Shown here one piece after another: positions 10,179-19,852 of a DNA stretch of 64,000 bases; within the stretch, counting starts at the first letter, position 1; each line of letters begins with the position of its first letter. The DNA is from a virus. Lineage: Duplodnaviria > Caudoviricetes. The DNA is taken from positions 54,569 through 118,568 of the IMG/VR virus record IMGVR_UViG_3300011006_000010. One strand, 5' to 3'. The notes below the pieces were generated by a model, which ran no database searches, was not told the origin of the DNA, and saw only the letters and a program-made list of their open reading frames with translations. The translations under genes were made by a program, and so were the position numbers.

Positions 10179-11543
10179 ATGAGCACAACAACTAATGTGT
10201 CGGATTCTGTCAGCCTCGCACCTTCTAACTATACTGGTTTGACGTCGCTCACAACGACAACCACATATCCTGTTTCAAACGGTTATACAGGCTCTGATTC
10301 TACAACGTATGCAAGATTTACTCTATCTTCAGGGGCAACGGGATATCTTTACTACATGTTTGACACGTCTGATATTCCATCAGGAGCAACGATAGACAGC
10401 ATCTCGTGTTCAGTAAGAGCAAGAGTATCATCGACATCGAGAGTCACTTCTACAAATGCACAATTATATTCTGGAACGACTGCGAAAGGATCATCCAGCA
10501 CGTTCGCTTCGACGTCAAGCACAAACACGTTTAGCTTGACCACGGGAACATGGACTAGAAGTGAACTTAATGACCTGCGTTTGAGAATAGGCGCTACAGG
10601 ATCGTCAGGGAGCGGCGGTTCATCCTCCCGCTATATCTATTTCCATGGCGCGACTGTGACGATCGTATACTCTTATCAAGAGATTGCATATGAAATCACA
10701 CTGACAAATAATGCGGGTATCACAACAGATCCTGCAGCTTCAGGAACGGTAGTAAGTGGAAATAATTATACTCTTACTCTCTATCCAGAAAGCGCAGACG
10801 TTACGGTAACGGACAACGGGACTGATGTAACAAACAGCCTTGTTTCTCATGAACCATCTGCCGGAGGAACGGAAACGTATACTCCAGCAAGTTACACATA
10901 TGCAAGCTTGAACAGCACAAACTACTGTGGCTACTGTATTGGATATTCTGCAGAGTCGCCCTATAGCAGTTCATCTAATACGTATTCGAGTGGTAGTGGC
11001 ACGGTTGGGCATATCGATTACAGCTTTGGACTCACATCTGATCTGTTTCCAAGCAATGCAACGATCACAGCGGTTACTTGTGCAGCTACAGGGCATTGTG
11101 AAAGTACGTCACAGTCATCTGAGGTGTCAAGAGTCACTTTATATTTGAACAGCAGCTCTATCAGCAGCACTGAAAGCTTCACAAGTACGTCAAACACTAC
11201 TGTTAATCTGACTGCTACAACGCTGCCGACTGTGTCCAATATAGATACTCTTGTAATGAGACACGAGGTTGGATATTATGGTGGGCTTGTCAACGGTGCT
11301 ACGCTGAGCATCACATATACTGTTCCAACCACTGGGAACGATTACTATACTTATACACTGACTACAGTATCAGCAGACCATGTGATCATCATCGGCTCAG
11401 GTTCATCTGCAGCATTGTATTTGAAGGTCAATGGATCATGGGTAGCTGTGAGCAAGGCATATCAGAAGGTTGGCGGGTCGTGGGTCGAACAGGATATTAC
11501 GACACTGTTTAATACAAATACAAATTATGTTAGAAGAAATTAA
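10179..11543 (+). CDS. Tail-associated S/T-rich protein with two repeated beta domains
   Basis: Two 'P..ATI..I/V.C' domains; C-terminal 'LYLKVNGSW...YQKVGGSW'. Confidence 0.6.
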   Translation: MSTTTNVSDSVSLAPSNYTGLTSLTTTTTYPVSNGYTGSDSTTYARFTLSSGATGYLYYMFDTSDIPSGATIDSISCSVRARVSSTSRVTSTNAQLYSGTTAKGSSSTFASTSSTNTFSLTTGTWTRSELNDLRLRIGATGSSGSGGSSSRYIYFHGATVTIVYSYQEIAYEITLTNNAGITTDPAASGTVVSGNNYTLTLYPESADVTVTDNGTDVTNSLVSHEPSAGGTETYTPASYTYASLNSTNYCGYCIGYSAESPYSSSSNTYSSGSGTVGHIDYSFGLTSDLFPSNATITAVTCAATGHCESTSQSSEVSRVTLYLNSSSISSTESFTSTSNTTVNLTATTLPTVSNIDTLVMRHEVGYYGGLVNGATLSITYTVPTTGNDYYTYTLTTVSADHVIIIGSGSSAALYLKVNGSWVAVSKAYQKVGGSWVEQDITTLFNTNTNYVRRN

Positions 11544-11549
11544 CATCGC

Positions 11550-11575
11550 AGAGAGAAGTGCCCCTTCTCTCTTTT
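11550..11575 (+). terminator. Intrinsic terminator
   Basis: AGAGAGAAG-loop-CTTCTCTCT-TTT. Confidence 0.7.
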
Positions 11576-11597
11576 AACTTTAATTTTTAAAGGAGTT

Positions 11598-11876
11598 TTG
11601 GACATGAAAATTAAAACAGATACTATTATTCGCACTATTATTTTAGCATTGGCATTAGTCAATCAGATTTTAGTTACTACTGGACATTCAGTTATTCCTG
11701 TAACTGATGAACAGGTTAGCGAAATCATTACGCTCGCAGTAACTGTTGGCGCTTCTTTATGGGCATGGTGGAAGAACAATTCTTTTACGCAGAATGCTAT
11801 TAAAGCCGACGAATATCTAGCAGAGCTGCGTGATGAAGAAGACGACATCTCAGAAGGAGATGTCGAAGATGAGTAA
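11598..11876 (+). CDS. Phage holin, SPP1 family
   Basis: 'TIIRTIILALALVNQIL...WAWWKNNSFTQNAIKADE', two hydrophobic segments. Confidence 0.85.
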   Translation: MDMKIKTDTIIRTIILALALVNQILVTTGHSVIPVTDEQVSEIITLAVTVGASLWAWWKNNSFTQNAIKADEYLAELRDEEDDISEGDVEDE

Positions 11877-12186
11877 TGCAATAACAGTTGAGACTATTGT
11901 AATGATTGTCGGCTTTGCTTTGACAATTGTTACTTTTGTAACCACAAGAAGAAAAGACATTGAAAAAGAAACAACAGAACGTACAAAAATGTATACGAAG
12001 GTCGATGAAACATGTAATCGTATCAATGAAATTCTTCGCTCTGTTGACAGAATGTCAGATAAATTTGACGGTTTGAATCACACACAGTCAAGACATGACG
12101 AACAGATCAAGACCGTTTTTAAAACGCTAGACACACATGAAGAACGCATTCAGCGTTTGGAACAGAAGTGTCATTCAATGGATTAA
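11869..12186 (+). CDS. Membrane-anchored coiled-coil lysis accessory (XhlA-like)
   Basis: N-terminal TM segment then coiled coil; ATG at 11869 after AGGAG; lies between holin and lysin. Confidence 0.55.
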   Translation: MSNAITVETIVMIVGFALTIVTFVTTRRKDIEKETTERTKMYTKVDETCNRINEILRSVDRMSDKFDGLNHTQSRHDEQIKTVFKTLDTHEERIQRLEQKCHSMD

Positions 12187-12231
12187 AAAAGAAACCATTA
12201 TGTTAAAAACATGAATTAAGGAGGAATCATT

Positions 12232-13071
12232 ATGTCAAAAATCCCAGATATCTCACACTACCATCCAGTATCTGATTGGGCTAAAGTAAAAGCGAACTGT
12301 TCATTTTTGATTTCTAAAGCAACTCAGGGAATCAGCTATATTGACCCTACTCTCGATTCATTCATCAAAGGCTGTGAAGCTAATAAAATTCCTTACTATC
12401 TATATGTCTATCTAAACAAGGGAGACGAACTTCTCCAGGCTAAATATATGGTTTCTGTGTGCAAATCTAAGGTCGGGTCATATTTTCGTGGGTATGCTCT
12501 TGATGTAGAAGCAGGTAATTCTGCGACAAATGTTAAAAATGCATTAGATTATATCTGTAATCAGTCTCCTAAGGCTCTGCTTTATACGATGTATTCACAG
12601 TATGACAAATATAAAGCTGTTATCACTTCTCGCCCTAGCAACTGTGCATGGTGGGAAGCTAGATATGGTGCAAACAATGGTTCATACAGTGCTACGTATC
12701 CATGTCATACCGGAGTTGATCTTCATCAGTATACAAGCAAAGGAACCTGTAGTGGAGTCAGCGGCTCTTCAGTTGACTTAAATAGAGTTTCTGGTGCAAA
12801 ACCATTGTCATGGTTTACGGATGGCGTCAAGACTGCTACGGCTTCAACTACTACTAAGACTACAGTAAGTTATTATTCAAAATATAGTGGAAAATCTGTA
12901 AGAATTGATACTATTTTCAAAGCAATTGGAGTACCTGCCAAATACAGAGGCACATACAAGAAGAGGCTGCCAGTAGCTAAGAAGAATGGGATCTCTAACT
13001 ACACAGGTACGGCAGCACAGAACAAAAAGCTGATTGATTTAGCAAAGAAAGGTAAATTAGTTAAAGCATGA
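12232..13071 (+). CDS. Endolysin, GH25 lysozyme with C-terminal cell-wall-binding domain
   Basis: 'DISHYH', 'KATQG', 'LDVE', 'HQYTSKG...VDLN'; C-terminal 'GISNYTGTAAQN..L'. Confidence 0.88.
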   Translation: MSKIPDISHYHPVSDWAKVKANCSFLISKATQGISYIDPTLDSFIKGCEANKIPYYLYVYLNKGDELLQAKYMVSVCKSKVGSYFRGYALDVEAGNSATNVKNALDYICNQSPKALLYTMYSQYDKYKAVITSRPSNCAWWEARYGANNGSYSATYPCHTGVDLHQYTSKGTCSGVSGSSVDLNRVSGAKPLSWFTDGVKTATASTTTKTTVSYYSKYSGKSVRIDTIFKAIGVPAKYRGTYKKRLPVAKKNGISNYTGTAAQNKKLIDLAKKGKLVKA

Positions 13072-13952
13072 TTAAAGCGAGTTTAGTATATTATATCAAA
13101 GGACTGCCCTTAACATATGCGGTTCAGAAAACATATGTTGGAACAAAGTATGTTTATGCACTTCAGAGAAAAGACAAAGACGCATGGTTGTCAAGATGTC
13201 TGATCGAAGGACGTACCGCAACCTATGTAGACCATATGGTTCTCAAGAATTTTGGACATGGACAGACATTAGATTGGTATCAATGGAATGAAAAAGATTA
13301 TTGGCTTGTCGTTTGTAAAGCAACAGATATCGACAAGTATAAATGGGGAGTTCAGATTGGGCGTGTGGAATATGTTCCAGACGGCACTATTAACTATACG
13401 GAGATTGAAAGATTGTCTTCATGTAATAGAGCAAGAAAATCTGCAAAATCCCTTGGAGAAATCAAACGTTTAGATGGCGGTCTATCACCAAATAAGAAAT
13501 ATCTTTTTATTTGGGTATGCACGAAGAAGAACAAGCGCATGTTTACATTATACGATTTTGACAAAATCAATGAAGCATGGGATAAGAAAATCGATGCTTC
13601 ATCTAAATATGTTGCTTGTGATTTAGACGAGATCAAAAACGCTAATCTAAAGAGTCAAGACAACGGTATTGTCCAAAGAGTTGCATATGGATCATGTCAA
13701 GGTTTGGCTATCGATAATATCAAGAATGTTTATCTTATCGGCGGAGCCATTGGCAGAAGAACATCAATTCTGAAATTTAAATATGGTGATGGGTGGAAAA
13801 CTCCATCAACGACCTTGGTTTCAATTGGTAAGAATTTTACTAAGCATAGTGAAACTGAAGGTATTCAGGTTAAAGGCGATACTATTTATTTTAGTATTAC
13901 CGACAAATCAAAAAAGGATAGATATATTATCTATTCAATCGAAAAATACTAA
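13068..13952 (+). CDS. Helveticin-J-like (class III bacteriocin family) protein
   Basis: 'VQKTYV...YVYALQ', 'GHGQT', 'W..QIGRV', 'RLS..NRA', 'KRLDGGLSP', 'ETEGIQ' resemble the helveticin J pattern as I recall it. Confidence 0.6.
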   Translation: MIKASLVYYIKGLPLTYAVQKTYVGTKYVYALQRKDKDAWLSRCLIEGRTATYVDHMVLKNFGHGQTLDWYQWNEKDYWLVVCKATDIDKYKWGVQIGRVEYVPDGTINYTEIERLSSCNRARKSAKSLGEIKRLDGGLSPNKKYLFIWVCTKKNKRMFTLYDFDKINEAWDKKIDASSKYVACDLDEIKNANLKSQDNGIVQRVAYGSCQGLAIDNIKNVYLIGGAIGRRTSILKFKYGDGWKTPSTTLVSIGKNFTKHSETEGIQVKGDTIYFSITDKSKKDRYIIYSIEKY

Positions 13953-14005
13953 TATATCAAAAGCATTCATAATATAGCGTAGGCTATATTCAAAGGAGTG
14001 AAATT

Positions 14006-14194
14006 ATGCTGCCAGATATATATAAACGTGTCAGAGAAGACGCAGTTCCTCTTTGGACACGAGATGGGACACAACATTTTCCAAAATCTTTATATGGATT
14101 ACCTTTGAAAATAATTGATCAAACTCCAACGACTTATACGTTGAAGTTTACTGAAGAATATATCTTCGAGATGAAAAAAGATGATTGTTATTGA
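14006..14194 (+). CDS. Small hypothetical protein
   Basis: AAGGAG RBS, 62 aa. Confidence 0.5.
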   Translation: MLPDIYKRVREDAVPLWTRDGTQHFPKSLYGLPLKIIDQTPTTYTLKFTEEYIFEMKKDDCY

Positions 14195-14240
14195 TTGACT
14201 CAGAGATGTATATGTGATATCTTATCATCAATGAGTGTAG

Positions 14241-14277
14241 AGGGGAGTATGGCTTAATGTCATATTCCCCTTTTTTT
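14241..14277 (+). terminator. Intrinsic terminator
   Basis: AGGGGAGTATG...CATATTCCCCT followed by a T run. Confidence 0.75.
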
Positions 14278-14299
14278 GATTTTCTGTTATAATGTATAT

Positions 14300-14851
14300 A
14301 TGGATAAATATTATTTAAATGAAGCAATCGAATATACTTGCGACGTCCTTGACATTTCTAAGCCAAAACTTAGAACATCTATGCTTAGAGAAGATAGAGG
14401 AAAGACAGCTAGATATTATATTACTGACAGAGGTGGAAGATTATTTATTGATCTGAAATCTTTTACGGATATGCGTCAATTATATTTCACTCTTTTTCAT
14501 GAGCTATTTCACCATTTTCAAGCTATTAAATGTGGGATGTATAAGTCTCAAGGAAATAGCAGTTCAATTGATTTTGATGAAGAGCATATAGATTTTTGGG
14601 CACAGGAATTGAGTAATTACAAAGCTAACGGTGTAGAAGGATACGACGATCAATACCTCGAATTGGATTCTAACGCATTTGGAATCTATATGTCTAAAGT
14701 ATTATGGAATCTAGATGTCCCGTATAATTCAGAGGCTGTAGACAGAGATAAACTTATTGAATGTGTGGTCAAAATAAAAAAAGCAATACCCGCACAAGAT
14801 GTGCTAGGTATTGCTGAAGACTATGATTTATTGGATCTAGGAGAAAATTAG
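14300..14851 (+). CDS. HExxH zinc metallopeptidase (ImmA/IrrE-like), probably leaderless
   Basis: 'LFHELFHHFQ' plus downstream 'ELDSNAFG'; TGnTATAAT at 14285-14293 lies 6 nt before ATG 14300; no SD. Confidence 0.6.
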   Translation: MDKYYLNEAIEYTCDVLDISKPKLRTSMLREDRGKTARYYITDRGGRLFIDLKSFTDMRQLYFTLFHELFHHFQAIKCGMYKSQGNSSSIDFDEEHIDFWAQELSNYKANGVEGYDDQYLELDSNAFGIYMSKVLWNLDVPYNSEAVDRDKLIECVVKIKKAIPAQDVLGIAEDYDLLDLGEN

Positions 14852-14866
14852 TTTCTCCTTTTTTTT
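14839..14866 (+). terminator. Intrinsic terminator
   Basis: AGGAGAAA-loop-TTTCTCCT followed by a T run. Confidence 0.6.
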
Positions 14867-14874
14867 GTGGAAAA

Positions 14875-15015
14875 TTATCTATTACCTTTTGCTCTATTAT
14901 GTGTTTTACAGAGCATCGTGCAATTTGACAGGTTGGTTTCACCTTTCTTACCGTCAAGATAGTCTCTTACTGCCTGGATCTTCTGCTCAGGTGTAAATTT
15001 GGATTTTCTTTCCAT
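14875..15015 (-). pseudogene. Chimeric 46-aa remnant: IS3-family OrfA N-terminus fused to an HNH endonuclease C-terminus
   Basis: Manual translation MERKSKFTPEQKIQAVRDYLDGKK|GETNLSNCTMLCKTHNRAKGNR*; AAAGGAG RBS; IS3-like end sequence 'AAGTAGACAGTTTAAATAA' upstream. Confidence 0.6.
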
Positions 15016-15104
15016 ACAAAAATCACTCCTTTCAACAGTTTACTTATTTAAACTGTCTACTTAGAGTGATCATATCAAATTGCTCCTGTGTGGTCTTTAT
15101 AAAT

Positions 15105-16043
15105 CTACGAACGCAACTTGATCTCCACCGAAAGAATAAAGTCCGCCATTGCCATAGCTGCGTTTACAAATAGCCTTGCGTGGTGTTCATCTATGGCTAT
15201 TCTGGTTGCGCCTACACCGTGGGCGTCACTGTCTTTATTCCTCATCTCAGAAATTGCAGATACAATTTTCTCCAAACCTGAGAGCAGAGTGTTAATACGC
15301 CTGTCCGTGTTAGCATCTCCATGCATATTGTATAGATTTTTGACCTGTTTATACAAATTGCTAATTCTACCGGAAGTCGAAGGAGTTTCTCCCTTTTTCT
15401 CTATGACATAGCAGAATACTTCTTCAAGCAGTGTACGCGATTTTGTTATGGCACTGTCATAGTTGTGCTGGTCTACATCGTTCAAGGCTCGCGTAGAAAT
15501 ACTTCTAATATATTCACGATCAATATTTCTGATTTTCGGTGCTTGGACTTCGACTTTTGCACCTATCTTTCTGACAACAAAATGATCGCCTGTAGAAACA
15601 AGTTCATGTCCGCCAAAATACAATGTGCCGTTGATTTTTTCAATGATGGTCTGAACAAAATAATTATATGCGGTTTCTATTACGCTTGCCTCATGACCTG
15701 TTAGCACACTGGAGAATTGCTGTTTCCCAAATAGATATGCTAAAAAATCAGAGCATCGGTTGACCTTTATACAGTGTTCAAAAAGGTTGTCAAGGTATTG
15801 CCAACGGCTGAGATTTACACCTCCCCAGCTATAAGTCATTGGCAATCCGAATAGCGTAGATAATTCACATAAATTCGGGCCGCTCAAATATGGCATGGAA
15901 ATCTGAATCTTTGTGTGGTTATCACTAAATTCATATTCTTCAAATTTTGTATCTCCATCCAGAATGGCGTATATCTCCTTGTTCATCAACAATCTAAATG
16001 GATTCTGAGTTTCTTTTTCCATACCAACACTCCTAATCAACAC
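15105..16043 (-). CDS. Abortive-infection protein with C-terminal Abi_C (HEPN-like) domain
   Basis: 'SAITKSRTLLEEVF', 'RNKDSDAHG', 'HARLFVNAA'. Confidence 0.8.
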   Translation of the reverse strand: MLIRSVGMEKETQNPFRLLMNKEIYAILDGDTKFEEYEFSDNHTKIQISMPYLSGPNLCELSTLFGLPMTYSWGGVNLSRWQYLDNLFEHCIKVNRCSDFLAYLFGKQQFSSVLTGHEASVIETAYNYFVQTIIEKINGTLYFGGHELVSTGDHFVVRKIGAKVEVQAPKIRNIDREYIRSISTRALNDVDQHNYDSAITKSRTLLEEVFCYVIEKKGETPSTSGRISNLYKQVKNLYNMHGDANTDRRINTLLSGLEKIVSAISEMRNKDSDAHGVGATRIAIDEHHARLFVNAAMAMADFILSVEIKLRS

Positions 16044-17475
16044 AGGTGTCTATGTACGATATAGCAGCTGCTTCATCTTCCTCTATGGCTATCTCGACTG
16101 CCCGTACTGCCGTTGCGATAAGTTTCTCCGCCTGTCTGCGAAGAGCAAAGGATTTCTGTACCTTTTCGGCTATGTCTTTTTGTGACATATCGTCAATAAG
16201 TGGCAAAGGCATGGATAGTAAAAAGTCTTTCGATATAGCTGTCAAAATTGTTCCGGAGCAACGCTGTTTCATAAGTGCTTGAATCGGTTCAGACTTAAAT
16301 AGCACCAACAAAGTCTCGGAGTTGATGTGATCCGAATCAATAACATAAAAACCAGTTGAGCAAAGCGCGTTGTGGTAATCATCCGTTATCAGTGCGCAGC
16401 TTTGCAGCGAGCCTTCGATAGACGATATAATCACTTGACCTTTATTGACTTTTCTCCTTGCTCTTGTAGGTAAGTCTTTGCCATGGATTTTTTCAACGCC
16501 ATAGACATTACCAAACATACCTACATTTGCCAACTCTATATATTGATAATCCTTTTTCTCATCAGGCACGTAATTGGCATCATGAATGTCGCATAATGTT
16601 CCGACCGATTCTGTGGTATTTAATCTTTTTTCTATGTCCTCATACTTCGGTTGGTAATATTCCGCATCCAGTCTGCCTGAGGTGCCGAAGGATTCTGAAA
16701 GTAACTTTTCAGAAATGCCGTTTTTTGACACCATTGCTGAATCAAATCCTAAAGCAGACAAAAGAAATGTTTTTGCCTCTTCATGTACTTCAGATTCCTT
16801 TACCACCTTATCATGAGCAGACTGTATTACTTCCTTGATTTGCTCCTGTAAGCAGGATGAAAAAATCGGAATAAGTAATTGATCAAAATCCTCCAGCAAA
16901 AGTCCGGTCTGAGCTGCCCCGCGTTTGAATTTCTGAATTTGATTCTGACCATACTTCGTCTTTATGAAGGTAAGGAGTACTTCCGGGAGAATATCTGTTT
17001 GTTTGCTTCTCATGATTGCCAACTTACAACTGCAAGTTGCTTCGGAGTCCGATGTGACAATTGCACTATTGCCGACTATCGCACCCACAATAGACATAAG
17101 CACATCTCCACGTTTAAGATGTGACCTTTTCATGTGCGGATGATTAAACGTATTCGTGTCTATACAAACTGGCGACGCCGCTTCGATAAATATATTGTAT
17201 ATATCCTGACCTCGGTAATATGGGATACCTTTATTGCGGAAAGCATCGCTAATCGACATATGATTTCCGTCAGAGACAGAAAATGATGCCGTAAAAGACT
17301 GCAATGTTTTTTCTTTTAGGAAATCGGACACTTCCAGATTTCCTTTTTTATAGAATTCTGCATCTATGCGAGCAGTTCTCTCAAGAGCAGAAAGATATAT
17401 TTCGCTGCACTCCAGCCCATCCATCAAAGCCTTGTATTTGGCTTCATCGAAAGGTTCAATGGATGGGCTTATCAA
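16033..17475 (-). CDS. Restriction-modification specificity (HsdS-like) subunit
   Basis: Two TRD halves, each preceded by 'RIDAEFY/RLDAEYY'; 'GDVLMSIVGAIVG'. Confidence 0.85.
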   Translation of the reverse strand: MISPSIEPFDEAKYKALMDGLECSEIYLSALERTARIDAEFYKKGNLEVSDFLKEKTLQSFTASFSVSDGNHMSISDAFRNKGIPYYRGQDIYNIFIEAASPVCIDTNTFNHPHMKRSHLKRGDVLMSIVGAIVGNSAIVTSDSEATCSCKLAIMRSKQTDILPEVLLTFIKTKYGQNQIQKFKRGAAQTGLLLEDFDQLLIPIFSSCLQEQIKEVIQSAHDKVVKESEVHEEAKTFLLSALGFDSAMVSKNGISEKLLSESFGTSGRLDAEYYQPKYEDIEKRLNTTESVGTLCDIHDANYVPDEKKDYQYIELANVGMFGNVYGVEKIHGKDLPTRARRKVNKGQVIISSIEGSLQSCALITDDYHNALCSTGFYVIDSDHINSETLLVLFKSEPIQALMKQRCSGTILTAISKDFLLSMPLPLIDDMSQKDIAEKVQKSFALRRQAEKLIATAVRAVEIAIEEDEAAAISYIDTCVD

Positions 17476-19451
17476 AAAAAACTTAAACCTTCCTTTTTTG
17501 CAAATTCAGCAAATGCCTCGGCAATACCGTCCTCTGTCAGACCGTCATGATTATACAAATCATGATCGACTATCATATGACCATGTTCGTCGAGGATGAT
17601 ATGCCCCTCTCTGTCGGTACGCACAATCTTATCGCCGGAACTATCCTTGCTCGGCTTCCGCATAGTGGCAAAGAATATAGGATAATCGTCCTTCTTCGGG
17701 CAGAGGGCATCATCCCACTTCTGGATGAACAGCACCGATGTCTTAGTCCCAGTATGCGGCTTGAATACATTTCCGTGCAATCCGACCACAGCAAGAATAC
17801 GGCAGCGTTCCAAGATAAAGTCACGGATGTACTTGTCGCTCGCATTATTAAACCGTCCCTGCGGCAGTACAATCGCCATTCGACCGCCAGGCTTCAGGAA
17901 AGAGAGGTTTCTTTCGATAAAGAGAATGTCCCTTCCGACCTTACTCCGATATTTACCTTTGGCATTTTTACCCAGCTCATATTTTGCGATGATACGGCTC
18001 TCTTTGATGTCCCCGGCAAAGGGCGGATTCGCCATAACGATATCGAAATTAAAATCCCGGTTCTCGTCCCTATTCGCGCGAAGCGCACGCAAGCCGCGCC
18101 AGCCCTCAAAGTAGATATCCTGCCACGCCTCATCCTTTGTGGTATCATCCCAACGCTCATAATCAAGCGTATTCAGATGCATGACGTTCGTCCTGCCGTC
18201 TCCGGCAATTAGATTCAGTGTTCTTGCCACACGAACAGCCTTTTCGTCAAAGTCAATGGCAAACACATTTTTGCGGACGTAATCCTCACATTCGGCAGGC
18301 TTCTTTTCTGTGGTGAACAGATGACTCTGCTCGATACCTTTCTCTTTCAGAATGCTTTTCCATACATAGAAGATTGTATGGACAGGAAAGCCGCATGAAC
18401 CCGAAGCAGTGTCTATCATTTTCTCTGTCTTTTTTGGATTGAGCATACGGACGCACATATCAATCACATAGCGCGGCGTAAAGAACTGTCCCTTTTCGCC
18501 TTTTTGCGACTTGCTCATCAAATATTCGAAGGCATCGTCCACTACATCCAAATTGGAGTTGAACAGTTTCACGTCCTGCAGAGATGATACACACACCGAA
18601 AGGTGGGACGGCGTGAGCGCAATAACGGCATCGGACGCAAATACGCCCGGCCACTTATCTTTCGCCTTTTCAAACAGCGATTGGATATTTGCTTTCAAGT
18701 CTTCGTCCGTATCGCCATAATTACGGAATTCGAGCATCCGGCTGTGATCTCTGCCGCTCTCCATTTCGTCATATAGCTTGGTATAGATGAGCTTGAATAC
18801 TTCCTCGAAAACATCCACTCCGGCATTCGCAAGGACTTCATCCTCCATTTCCTCAATCAGCCCCTTAAGGGACTTCTTTTCGCTAACGAGCTTGTCCTTT
18901 TTCACAAGGTCATCAATCGTCCAGCGTTCGGTCAGGATATCCTTCAGCTTCTGCGTGGCAGTAGGGATGTTCGGAATATCCTCAAAATAATTGGGATCTT
19001 TCCTATGGTAGAAAGAAATCTGCTGACCGTTTGTCCATACGCCCATTGTCGCGCCTGTGGCATTACAGTAGGACTTAAGCTGTTCCTTTCCATCAGAGAG
19101 CTTCGGTTTTTTTACTTCTATAATGATGTATTCCACATTAGGATGTGACTTTTCAAAAATCACTATATCGGCGCGTTTTATCTCTCGTCCGAAATGGATA
19201 TGACGCTCCAGTTCCATCTGGTCGGTGGAATAGCCGTAATCATGAACGAGTGTGTAAATATAGAGCTGCCGAACAGCCTCCTCTGGCGTCAGCTTGATTT
19301 CCTTCTGCCGCACCAAGCATTGGATATAAGGTACATCTGCGCCTTTAACGGTTTTTGTGTAAATCTTGCTTTCAATTGCCTGTACAGCCTCATTGCTGAA
19401 AAGAGAGCTGTTATGGCTGCTGTCTTTGAAAAGTTGTTCCAGTGAATACAT
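17472..19451 (-). CDS. Fused restriction endonuclease (HsdR_N-like) and N6-adenine methyltransferase
   Basis: 'PEEAVRQ','RADIV','IEVK','QLKSY','WTNG'; 'GQFFTPRYV','DTASGSCGF','NPPF'. Confidence 0.9.
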   Translation of the reverse strand: MYSLEQLFKDSSHNSSLFSNEAVQAIESKIYTKTVKGADVPYIQCLVRQKEIKLTPEEAVRQLYIYTLVHDYGYSTDQMELERHIHFGREIKRADIVIFEKSHPNVEYIIIEVKKPKLSDGKEQLKSYCNATGATMGVWTNGQQISFYHRKDPNYFEDIPNIPTATQKLKDILTERWTIDDLVKKDKLVSEKKSLKGLIEEMEDEVLANAGVDVFEEVFKLIYTKLYDEMESGRDHSRMLEFRNYGDTDEDLKANIQSLFEKAKDKWPGVFASDAVIALTPSHLSVCVSSLQDVKLFNSNLDVVDDAFEYLMSKSQKGEKGQFFTPRYVIDMCVRMLNPKKTEKMIDTASGSCGFPVHTIFYVWKSILKEKGIEQSHLFTTEKKPAECEDYVRKNVFAIDFDEKAVRVARTLNLIAGDGRTNVMHLNTLDYERWDDTTKDEAWQDIYFEGWRGLRALRANRDENRDFNFDIVMANPPFAGDIKESRIIAKYELGKNAKGKYRSKVGRDILFIERNLSFLKPGGRMAIVLPQGRFNNASDKYIRDFILERCRILAVVGLHGNVFKPHTGTKTSVLFIQKWDDALCPKKDDYPIFFATMRKPSKDSSGDKIVRTDREGHIILDEHGHMIVDHDLYNHDGLTEDGIAEAFAEFAKKEGLSFF

Positions 19452-19589
19452 AATAATTCTCCTATGCTTCTATTTTTCTTTGTCCGAAAAGTGTCACCAC
19501 TGATGATACTTTTTATTTTGTCTCGATGTCCAGACCTTTGAAATGTTCCTTCATCTCATCTGTCATGCCCTGCGTCCCATGCAGACCTT

Positions 19590-19673
19590 CTACATATCTA
19601 TGTCTTCATATTGAGTATAGAATTCATCGTTCTTATTTTCTCTGGCTTTACTTAGATCTGCTGTTGTTGCCAT
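19590..19673 (-). pseudogene. N-terminal remnant of an EcoRI-family adenine methyltransferase
   Basis: Manual translation MATTADLSKARENKNDEFYTQYEDIDM*; 'KNDEFYT' is the family N-terminal signature; GGAAGG RBS. Confidence 0.65.
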
Positions 19674-19780
19674 GTTAATTACCTTCCTAAACAATATAAG
19701 ATAATTATATTAAATCGAGATGGTAATTTCAATTGTTAGAAAGAACAAAAAAAAGCGCAAGCAATAAAGCTCACGCAGAT

Positions 19781-19837
19781 TTTTTAACATATTAATGCAT
19801 TACTTGTGGTGCAAATAGTGTATTAATATGTTAAAAA
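19781..19837. repeat. 16-bp perfect inverted repeat
   Basis: TTTTTAACATATTAAT (19781-19796) / ATTAATATGTTAAAAA (19822-19837). Confidence 0.7.
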
Positions 19838-19852
19838 GAAAATTTAAATTAT

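Noticed and set aside
98-11881. Short antisense ORFs within the tail genes
   Set aside because: Shadow frames of S/T-rich genes.
17547-18990. Several + strand and alternate-frame ORFs over the R-M gene
   Set aside because: Shadow ORFs of a GC-richer coding region with no motifs.
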